Assembly (NCBI GenBank): GCA_048213135.1
Contig: PS015267.1
Coordinates: 5,838 to 57,187, forward strand
Reading direction: 5' to 3'
DNA: 51,350 nucleotides
From: Reclinomonas americana ATCC 50394
Lineage: Eukaryota
Positions 1 to 29,874 of this stretch are shown piece by piece. Within the stretch, counting starts at the first letter, position 1. Each line of letters opens with the position of its first letter. The translations under genes were made by a program, and so were the position numbers. Below the pieces are notes generated by a model. The model saw nothing but the letters and a program-made list of their open reading frames with translations, did not search any database and was not told the DNA's origin.

Positions 1-3000
1 GCGACTGATGATCTTGAACACGTCCCGCGCACTCGACAAGTTGCTGCCCGACACCGTGATTCGCTTCGCCACTCCATCCGCCACAATCACCGACGGCGCC
101 AGCGACGACACATCCACTGTGTGTATGTCAAATAAATTTGTGTCAGCTGCAACGGCGACGACAAAAGACGACACAAGCACATTCTCTCGAGCTCCATACC
201 AATGTCAATCGATGCGCCCACTTTCAGAAATGTGTCAACACCGACACCCATGCCCACTGCAACACACACAGACGCAGTCCCTGCAGTCAGGCCACTCGGT
301 GCAAATCCACTCGCCACAGTGCTCAGCGTGTCGCCCGCTGGTGTCAGCGATGTGGCCAGCACTCCTCCACCCGCCGCAGTGCACGACGCGCCCGACTCCA
401 CCCGCACAATCGACGACGAGCTCAACCCGAATCCACTCACAGACACTTGCACATTGCTGCTCTGCGCCAGCAAAGCTCCCGGCGAGTATCCAGTCGCCGA
501 CACTGCATCACACCAAAAGAATGCAGTGTGACGAAAGGGTGCGCTTGGCAGGAAACGCAACAAGGGCATGAGAAAACACTCACCAGCCACGAGCGTAGTT
601 GCCGGTACAACTTGCACCCACGACAGTGTCGGTGCAAACCGCATGCAAATGATGTCTGCATCCACATGCACACTCGTCATCAATCACGCTCGACAATCAC
701 ACCATCGCTTGAACAGCACGCAACAATTGGCCGCAGGCACACTTCCCACCGTCACCACCATGTGTGTGAACGACGCATCAATACTCGCCGGCGTCACAAC
801 AGTGCCACCACCCATACACGGTCCCGAAGTCTGCACTTGCACGGAATCCGTCAGCGCCATCGAAGATCCCGTCAGCGTCACCGACGCCGTTCCGTCGTTG
901 GCCAGAATCACGGTGCCGAAAAATGAGGTCACAGATGCTGCACACACGCACAACAATGCCGTGGGTTAGCTGCTGCTCTGCATCCTCATCATCTCATATT
1001 CCCAATCATTGCAAAAAAGCAGCAGACGCAACGAACTCGCAACACCCCCACCACACTCCAGCTCGGGTACGTCGACGCAAACAGCACACACAGTGTGTAT
1101 CGTCCAGTTGCCACCATGCCGACCACAGAGATGCTGGCCGAGTTACGACCGGCCGACACACTGTCCACTCCGAAGGACACCAACGTGCCCGCACCCGAAC
1201 ACGATGACACGCCGCCAACTTGCAGCTGCGCTCGAAACGCCACTCGCCCACTATCGAACCCCACACCATTCACAGCAAGCTGCGGATTCGTGTCTGTCGG
1301 CATCACCACCGTCGGCGTGAACGTTGTCGTCGACGCTGTGCAACATAGGGGGATCAACATGCCAACACGATCCAACGATCTCTAGTCAACGCAAGCACGC
1401 ACGCAACTCGCATACAAGATGGCCGTGCCAACTCGCTGGAAACCCCATCCTGCTTGGAACTCCACGCATACCATGTACGAGCCCTGCACGCACACACACA
1501 CGCAAGAATTCAGCTCATCCGCACAGCACCAGTTGCAGGGGGCACACACAATTACTCACCGACGCAAGGCCGCCGCCTCCAATTTGCACCGTCAGCTCCG
1601 TCGACGATCCATTCACCGACTGGCTCACGCCCAACGATCCACCACCACCAACTGTGCACACTCCTGCACCCGTGGCCTCGAATCGCACGCTGTTGGTCGT
1701 GCGCAACGCTGACCCCGTCACCGTCACTTGCGCCGTTGACAGGCCAGTGGGAATCATGTCTGGAGAGAACGCAGTCGAGAAGCTGCTACTTGCCGCTGTC
1801 AACGAGAACAACATGTGCTGTCAGTCCCGCAATTCTCTGGCACACACAAGCAGGCAAGCAGGCGCACACACGCAACGAACAAACGCCGTTCCCGCCGCTT
1901 GCGCATATCCAAACGTGCTGTCGTACTGAACGCACACGCTCCACGAAGTGCCGCCGGCAAGACCGCCGCCAGTCACTTGCGCCGTCAACTGCGTCAGCGC
2001 GCCGTTCACACTCACACTGCTCAGCGCTGCACCACTCGCCGTCGGCGCCGTCGTGCAGTCCGACCCACCAGGCTCCACCCGCACCACAAACGATGTGTCC
2101 AATCCCGCGCCCACAATCACCACCTGCTGGCTCGCCGACGACGGCTGCCAGTACACTGGTGTGAACGATGTCACCGTCGCTGTGCCAGTCACAATCATTG
2201 TCAGTGACACACCCCCACACACAACACAGAGAACACGCAGTCAAAGCACACACACACACACGCAACGAGCAAGCAGCACTGCAGTGCCGACACGCGTGAA
2301 CGATGCAGAGCCCACAGTCCGGCTGCACACCAAATACGGGCCAGTCGCGAGCCCACTTGCACCAGCCGAGTACACAACCTCCGTGTGTGCCGCATTCACC
2401 GACACACTCACTCCCGCAGTTCCAGAGCCCGCAGCTGCACACGCGCCAGACGATCCCGGTTGGAATCGTATCGCATCGGCCGTGTCCAGTGACGTGCCAG
2501 TAACCGTCACTCTCATCGCCGCACTCGATGCCGCCACCACTGTCGGACCAAACGACGCTGCCGCTCCAGGAACTTGGGTGATGGTGAACGTCGACTGCAT
2601 CGACAGCGCCGGTGTGCCATTGTCCGTCACTCGAATGTCGACTGTCAGTGTGCCAGTCTGGTTGGCATTGACAATGTACACTTGATTGCCGGTGATCGAC
2701 AGGAGTGCTGCTGATGCCGATGGCTGCAAGGCATTCGTTCCCAGCCAATGAGAAAGCAATGACACAGACCCCCTCCTACTCTCGCTCACACACCTGAATT
2801 GAGTACGTCAGCGTCTGTCCCGCGTTGATGTCGGAGGCACTCAGTGTCCCCAACAGCGCATTCGCCGTGTACGGACGCATGTAGGTGAGTGGCGTCAGAG
2901 CGAGACTCGTTGGTGCCACATTGGCCTCACTCATGTAGAAGAACTTGCTGAATGTGTTGCCCGTGGAGTCCACCACCTGGATCTGCACTTCGAGATTGTT

Positions 3001-4643
3001 GCCTGTCAAACTCGCCGCATTGACCTTGAGCTGGTGGCCAGAAATTGAGAAGCTGGAGGCTGATGTGCCGCCGACGATGGTGAACGTCCACACGTCGTAC
3101 GTGTTGGCGTCGACCGCCGCCAGTGTGCCGAATGCTGTCCCCACGGCTGACGCTGGCGTGTACAAGTTGTTCGACAGCGTGATGTCGGTGGGTGGGAACG
3201 AAGCTGCACGCACATGCAGAGAGAGGGAGAGAGAGAGGGAGGGGGGGGGGAAATGAGCGAGTGCGAGATGCTGTGCATGCAAGGACTCGCTGACGAACTC
3301 GGATAGCAGCACATCTGGAGGCCGTTGAGGACGATGGACGTTCTCGTCCACGCGCCGTTGTTCCAGTTCACCACCGCATAACTCGTAAGGTCAGTGGAAA
3401 ACGATGGTGCTGCCACGACGGTGCACTTATCAGCAACAAGGCAAAACAAATTCTCTTATCCACAACGCCTACTCACAGCTCGTGTCGGATGTGAAACACA
3501 CTTGACCATCGATTGGGAACGGACCCATGGCCATGCCGTCACTCTTGGTATTGGCCCAGCTAAACGATGACGTGAACGTGGCTGATGCACGAGGCGCAGA
3601 GAACCGTCAGAGGAAAACGCAGGAGAGCAGCAGACACAAACACGGACTTGGTTGACGCACCAGAGTTGCTCGTTCCCGTCTGTCACCACAGCGCACAAAA
3701 CAATCGTGGTTAGCAAACCACAAAGAGAAGGGAGGACGAGCAGCAACGAGACGCAACCCAAGCACCGCCCTCTCCTGGGTCATTCTGTGCTACGTATGGC
3801 GAGCCCACAGAGAGGAGACTGTACGGCGTCGTAGCGGTCATCTTGGCGTTTTGAAACTTGGAGGATGTGCCAGCTGCACCATCCCAGTTGAGCTCGTACA
3901 CCCAATGCAGCTTGTCGGTGTTATCGACAAGGAAGTACGCGATCTGTGTGACACAGTGAGCAAGTGCGACAGAGGAGAGATGCAGAGGAAGCAAAAACGC
4001 AACAAATCCATCGCGCACTTCAAAGCCCGAATGCCACGATGCGTTGGAGTAGTCGAGATAGCTCACAATGTCGTTGGTGATGCACACGGGTTGGATAGTC
4101 GCAGGCGCCGCCAGTCCAGGGTACGTGTACGAGCACGAAAGCAGGCTCAATGAACTGCACCGCACAAATGTCAGGCTCCACACATACTGTCTCTCACGTA
4201 CGCAGTTGACAGCGTACAGCCTCACTCTATGACTCTCACTTGCCACGCGCGTGCGAGTGTGTAGGGAGTGTGGTCGTGAGTGTGCAAGATTCTGATGTGG
4301 ATGCACGAACCATGCTTCGACTGGCAGCGCGACTTGGATCACGAGTAGCACTGAGAGCACCACAGACGACGTGAAGGCTGGCTCCAGCGACCATGAAGCC
4401 TACAGCACCGCGCAGAGTGATGAGCCCAGCAAAATTAGACACAACACTCACTCTTCCTCTCTCTCATGCGCACACGCTCTCTTTGCCACGCGCGCGTGCC
4501 TTCTCTCTCTTCTGCACACACACGCACACACACACACATACACACACACAGATACTCTCTCTCTCTCTCTCTCTCTCGCACACACACTCAACTTGACACC
4601 GTCTCCATCGATGGCGAACTCTTTCACGAGCAGAGTCGCTCAT
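1..4643 (-). CDS. Giant surface/adhesion-type protein, paralog A (multi-exon; runs off the left edge). Signal peptide, N-terminal domain, 2 cadherin-like repeats, IPT/TIG-like repeats
   Basis: Spliced start MSDSARERVRHRWRRCQ|ASWSLEPAFTSSVVLSVLLVIQVALPVEA (basic then hydrophobic). Exon 2794-3203 plus the next exon encode PPTDITLS...GTLAAVD...FSISGHQL...VVDSTG and NVAPTSLAL...GTLSASD...TYSI...VTDNGTP (cadherin-like). Ser/Thr/Gly/Val-rich beta-sandwich-like exons follow. Start codon and first intron are inferred. Confidence 0.7.
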
Positions 4644-4775
4644 CGCGGTTTCGCGCGTTAGCATGTCGCTCGATGTCAGCAATTGCTTTTTTTCTGTCGC
4701 GCTCTGGCTTCTCAGCGCTTTTGCTTGCTTTCAAATTTCCTTTTGTAGAAATTCGTTCGGCGGCAAGTTTTTTCA

Positions 4776-19905
<15,130 letters not shown>

Positions 19906-20493
19906 CTCACACAGCGTGGGTGCGTGTGCGAGAGAGCGAGAGAGAGTGCGCGTCAAAAATCGAGCGCGGTGTGCGCTCTGTGCGAGACTGACTTTTTGAC
20001 TGTCTAAAACTCGGTGTCGGAGTTGCTGATTGCCGAAAATGCGTTGTACGATCTGAGACTGGGGATGCGGCGGTCTCTGTGCTCTTCCTCTCAAGTGCGG
20101 TTGACAATGGAGGACGATGCACGTTGCTGTATGCAGAGTTTTCGATGATGGTGAGCCGTCGATATCGACCAGTTTCATGGTCGGAAACTTTGCGGAGCGG
20201 GAAAAGACTGCTGTGTCGAGTGATGTGCCTCGAGTGCCACCTTCAGCCTGTGCTAGCCAACGTCGCCAGCATGAGACTCGCATGTTATTTGAGCTGGCGA
20301 GCCTCGATATCGATCGCGCGCGCGCGCGCACAAAACCACGCGACGTCGCGGTTCAAAAATCTCTCCGAGATGCTTGCAGAAGAGGTGATCATCTCAGTAC
20401 CCACCATAGCTTTCAAACGCGTACGCTGCAATCTGCAGTGGTGGCACGTTGCATTTTCCACTCAGGACGTCGCCGTCCCACGCGAACTTGCGA

Positions 20494-24783
<4,290 letters not shown>

Positions 24784-24795
24784 GTATGTCCATGG

Positions 24796-24832
<37 letters not shown>

Positions 24833-25842
24833 GAGGGAGNNNNNNNNNNNNNNNNNNNNNNNNNNNNNNNNNNNNNNNNNNNNNNNNNNNNNNNNNNNNN
24901 NNNNNNNNNNNNNNNNNNNNNNNNNNNNNNNNNNNNNNNNNNNNNNNNNNNNNNNNNNNNNNNNNNNNNNNNNNNNNNNNNNNNNNNNNNNNNNNNNNNN
25001 NNNNNNNNNNNNNNNNNNNNNNNNNNNNNNNNNNNNNNNNNNNNNNNNNNNNNNNNNNNNNNNNNNNNNNNNNNNNNNNNNNNNNNNNNNNNNNNNNNNN
25101 NNNNNNNNNNNNNNNNNNNNNNNNNNNNNNNNNNNNNNNNNNNNNNNNNNNNNNNNNNNNNNNNNNNNNNNNNNNNNNNNNNNNNNNNNNNNNNNNNNNN
25201 NNNNNNNNNNNNNNNNNNNNNNNNNNNNNNNNNNNNNNNNNNNNNNNNNNNNNNNNNNNNNNNNNNNNNNNNNNNNNNNNNNNNNNNNNNNNNNNNNNNN
25301 NNNNNNNNNNNNNNNNNNNNNNNNNNNNNNNNNNNNNNNNNNNNNNNNNNNNNNNNNNNNNNNNNNNNNNNNNNNNNNNNNNNNNNNNNNNNNNNNNNNN
25401 NNNNNNNNNNNNNNNNNNNNNNNNNNNNNNNNNNNNNNNNNNNNNNNNNNNNNNNNNNNNNNNNNNNNNNNNNNNNNNNNNNNNNNNNNNNNNNNNNNNN
25501 NNNNNNNNNNNNNNNNNNNNNNNNNNNNNNNNNNNNNNNNNNNNNNNNNNNNNNNNNNNNNNNNNNNNNNNNNNNNNNNNNNNNNNNNNNNNNNNNNNNN
25601 NNNNNNNNNNNNNNNNNNNNNNNNNNNNNNNNNNNNNNNNNNNNNNNNNNNNNNNNNNNNNNNNNNNNNNNNNNNNNNNNNNNNNNNNNNNNNNNNNNNN
25701 NNNNNNNNNNNNNNNNNNNNNNNNNNNNNNNNNNNNNNNNNNNNNNNNNNNNNNNNNNNNNNCTTCCCCCTCCTTCCCCCTCCTTCCCCCTCCTTGCCCC
25801 TCTTGCTACTCACCCCCTTCGCCCCCTATTTCTCTTGCACAG

Positions 25843-26554
25843 AATCGACGACCAGTGCGCCTGGTGGTGGCTCAGCGACAGCGCCGCGGCTTCCTCGATC
25901 TCGACCAGCAACTGAAAGAGCTCCCGCGCTACATTCGCCACCTGCACGTCGACACCAAAGTCATCGACTTTGGCACGGCCTCGCTCAAGGAGACGGTGCG
26001 TCTAGTCTTCCATTCTTCACACACGCACTCCTCATTCTCCACCCGCAGATCGAGACCGTGGCCTGGGCCGACATCCTCATCAGCGCACACGGCGCCGGCA
26101 TGGCCAACGTCATGTTCATGCGACGCGGAACGCAAGTCGTCGAGGTGCTGCCGGCCAACAACGCCGTGTGGTCCTCTCTCTATGCCTACAAGAACCTGAG
26201 CAACACGGTCGGCGCCAAGCACCACACGTTCGCGCTCAGTCTCCTCGACTCGTACGGCGAGGTGCGTGACCCACACACTTTCCCGCCTTTGCCCTTTGCT
26301 CACAGGCACATATGCGCGTGCAGGCCGCCGTGTCCATGTCACGCGTGCAACTGGACGCCCGGCTGCGAAGAGACAACAGCGTGGAACAGCAGTCGCTGCT
26401 GTACGAGGCGGAGCAGCAGCACATTTCGGCCAAGGAGATTGGCCACCTGGTGGTCTCGCTCCAGTACAACATGTGCGTCGACTACTTTGCGCCCGACGTG
26501 CGCGACGACTACCCCTTGCAACCGAGGCCGCCCGCCGCCAGCAACAAACCATAG
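25843..26554 (+). CDS. Glycosyltransferase family 61, C-terminal half (3 exons; on the inverted contig)
   Basis: RPVRLVVAQRQRR...SLKET|IETVAWADILISAHGAGMANVMFMRRGTQVVEVLP contains the GT61 HGAG(L/M)xN motif; stop TAG at 26552-26554. Confidence 0.85.
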
Positions 26555-26582
26555 AGTAAACAAGACCATAATCACTATATTT

Positions 26583-26726
26583 TTATATTGGTTGTGGTGG
26601 TGGCGGTGGCGGCATGACTTCATCCCCGTCTGCCGCAGCGGCAGCGCCAGGCACTGCCGTGGGATCTGGCAGCACGGTCGGCCCCTCGCGCAGCTTGGCG
26701 CGCAACCTTTCGTACGATTTGCGATC
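26583..26726 (-). CDS. NVL: Terminal exon of NVL (on the inverted contig)
   Basis: ccacag|DRKSYERLRAKLREG...PQPI* continues ...YPSVSRK in phase 0 and matches the NVL C-terminal pattern S(V/I)SxKDxxxYExL. Confidence 0.85.
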   Translation of the reverse strand, partial: DRKSYERLRAKLREGPTVLPDPTAVPGAAAAADGDEVMPPPPPPQPI

Positions 26727-26752
26727 CTGTGGNNNNNNNNNNNNNNNNNNNN

Positions 26753-27812
26753 ATCGTCACTACCACGCTTGGGAAGAACCGGGCGCACTCGCGCCATGAC
26801 GTGCCGACGCAACGCCGAAATGGTGCGCACTGCCAGCTCACGATACAGCGGACCATGATCGATAATGTGCCTGCAAGACAAGTCAGTGCCGAGAGAGCAC
26901 GCTAACAAGAGTGTGCGGAATACCAGTACGCGTAAAAGGGACCCATGGCAAGCACCGCATGCTCCATGCACAAGCATTTCCTGACAGCGCAGATGTCAGC
27001 AGTAAACCAAAGCAGCAGGAAAACAAGACAGCGCAACTTGGACGACAATCGCTCGACTCCGCGTGGCATGAACAGCTCCACCACCGACTTGGCACCCTGT
27101 CACACACACACACACACAGTAAGCCTCCAGATCGGTGTCTCTCATGCCAGAGTCACACACATACCAGCTTACTGATCGGATACCGCCACCGGCTAAACAC
27201 GCGCACCGTACCCAATCGATTCGCCAGCTCCACCAACGCCGACGGCTTCTTCGAGGCCCCGCCCAAGTCGGCCACACTCGGCACCTCCTCCTCGCCCACC
27301 ACCAACGCCATCCACACCCGCGTACTCAAATCCATCAACGCATGCGCATAGTTCCCCAAGTTCCGCGCTGCCTCACGATCGCCCTCCAGTACAACTCCCA
27401 ACGGCACAACCGCGCACTGCTCCCCGTCACTATTTGCATCCGCGGTCGTTGTTACGTAGCCGGCGTTATGTAGCAGATCGATTTGCGATGATGATTGCCA
27501 CCAGTGTTGCCGATGCGCGTCGCGAAATTGCGCGCGAAAGCTCTGTTGTGTGGCGGACCACAGCAGCCCATTGCATGCGCGAGCCTCCACCAGTGAGTCA
27601 TCATTGTCTGAGGAGGAGGAGGAGGAGTCGTCGTCAGAGAAGAGCCATGTGGGGTCGACTTCTGCTTGTTGTTGTTGTTGTTGTTGTCTGTCTTGTGTGG
27701 ACACTGTGATTGCGCTGTTGTTGTCTGTGCTGAGTATGGAGTAGAGGAGTGTGAGGAGGAGGCCACCGAACAGCACGAGCGCCACCACTGTGAGAGTGGT
27801 GCGTCGGTGCAT
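26753..27812 (-). CDS. Glycosyltransferase family 61, N-terminal half (type II membrane anchor, 4 exons)
   Basis: MHRRTTLTVVALVLFGGLLLTLLYSIL anchor and NYAHALMD motif; splices to ...SSKKCLCMEHAVLAMGPFYAYWHIIDHG...ALRRHVMARVRPVLPK and is open at the gap. Family assigned from its fit with the C-terminal half. Confidence 0.7.
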
Positions 27813-29874
27813 GTGTTGTGATTGATTGAAGGGTGACAGGACGAGGGGCGCGTCGAAGGGAGGAAGCAGGTGTCTTGCTCATGGGGAGAGGGTAATGGAT
27901 GCAAGCAGAGAAGGGGCCGAGGAAGTTGCTGATGCGCGATGAAGCGAAGGCAAGCATTCGTAAAGGGAACTTCGCAAACGTCACCTAGGCCTCCTTTGCA
28001 ACGTTGACCGACATTGAAAAGTTCAAATGCATTGCTGCACAAGGCGATCAGAACTCTCGGCAAGTGAGTACAAAAGCTTGCCGATTGCAATGACCGCCCA
28101 CGCGAAGGCTTCTCGCTGCTTGCGCAAGTCACGATATCGATGTTCATGCATCGACCATGTCCACCTCCGCCACCAGCCCAAGATGCGCTCCACATCACTG
28201 CTCACCCTACAGCAGACCACTCTTCCCAATCCGCTCGCTCAATCGGCGACGGCCTCGGGAGCTTGTGGCTCACGAGATCTACATTCAACGTCTCCGGATC
28301 CATTCTGCTTCACGGATCNNNNNNNNNNNNNNNNNNNNNNNNNNNNNNNNNNNNNNNNNNNNNNNNNNNNNNNNNNNNNNNNNNNNNNNNNNNNNNNNNN
28401 NNNNNNNNNNNNNNNNNNNNNNNNNNNNNNNNNNNNNNNNNNNNNNNNNNNNNNNNNNNNNNNNNNNNNNNNNNNNNNNNNNNNNNNNNNNNNNNNNNNN
28501 NNNNNNNNNNNNNNNNNNNNNNNNNNNNNNNNNNNNNNNNNNNNNNNNNNNNNNNNNNNNNNNNNNNNNNNNNNNNNNNNNNNNNNNNNNNNNNNNNNNN
28601 NNNNNNNNNNNNNNNNNNNNNNNNNNNNNNNNNNNNNNNNNNNNNNNNNNNNNNNNNNNNNNNNNNNNNNNNNNNNNNNNNNNNNNNNNNNNNNNNNNNN
28701 NNNNNNNNNNNNNNNNNNNNNNNNNNNNNNNNNNNNNNNNNNNNNNNNNNNNNNNNNNNNNNNNNNNNNNNNNNNNNNNNNNNNNNNNNNNNNNNNNNNN
28801 NNNNNNNNNNNNNNNNNNNNNNNNNNNNNNNNNNNNNNNNNNNNNNNNNNNNNNNNNNNNNNNNNNNNNNNNNNNNNNNNNNNNNNNNNNNNNNNNNNNN
28901 NNNNNNNNNNNNNNNNNNNNNNNNNNNNNNNNNNNNNNNNNNNNNNNNNNNNNNNNNNNNNNNNNNNNNNNNNNNNNNNNNNNNNNNNNNNNNNNNNNNN
29001 NNNNNNNNNNNNNNNNNNNNNNNNNNNNNNNNNNNAAGTGCGTCAAATCCACTGGTCAACCACGCTGATGCGGTGAAGATCGCAGTTCTCGACTTGTTCG
29101 GAGCTCCGAGAGCGAACGCACACACACAAGAAGCCTGCTGCTGCCTCAAGACTGGCGTTTGTGTTGATGTGTTGGATACGGTTGAACTTGCAACTGGTCA
29201 TCAAGACAGCTGTTGCTTGTTTGTTGGTGAATGAATTGTTGTTGCCGGTATCTGACATCGATATCATTCGAAAATCCGACGAATTCGAAGATCGGCGCAG
29301 CGAGCATGCGCACCCCTGCATGAACGCGCGCGGGCGCACTGCTCATCCTCACAGCCAACTGCTTTCATGCAACTGCCAAGAAAACTCGACCTCGTTGCAA
29401 AAGTTTGAAATCGATCTCGGCCATTTCAAGCAAATGCATCATCATGATCAATCGAGACTTGCGTGCGACGACACACTGCATCAGTTCGGCGCCAAGCCGT
29501 GTACAAGATGTACAATTAGCAGGTATATTAATAAAGCGCAAGCTCTCACACACCCGCAACGCGCGCAGATCGCGAGAGATGCTCAACCATCGCAGCGTGC
29601 TCGCGATCACGTGATTCATTCATGAAACCCCGCCTCGCAAGGGCGCGCCAAACTCCTCCCGCACTCACAACTGAACCGAGCAACCCGCGCTTATTCGAGC
29701 ATGTCGCGCGCGAGCTCGCGCGAGCGCCGTCCGACACACCGGACACACATTGCATTGCGTGACTGCATCACCAAACGCAGCGATCTCGTCCACAGACGCA
29801 GATTTATCGTTTTCTTTTGCGTGTGTGTGGGAGAGAGGAGACAACCCTCTCCTCTCCCTCTCTCTTTCTTCATC

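Noticed and set aside
556-561. Every GTTGCG as a donor
   Set aside because: This copy lies inside an intron that has a canonical G|GTGAGT donor. Only frame- or homology-supported sites were counted.
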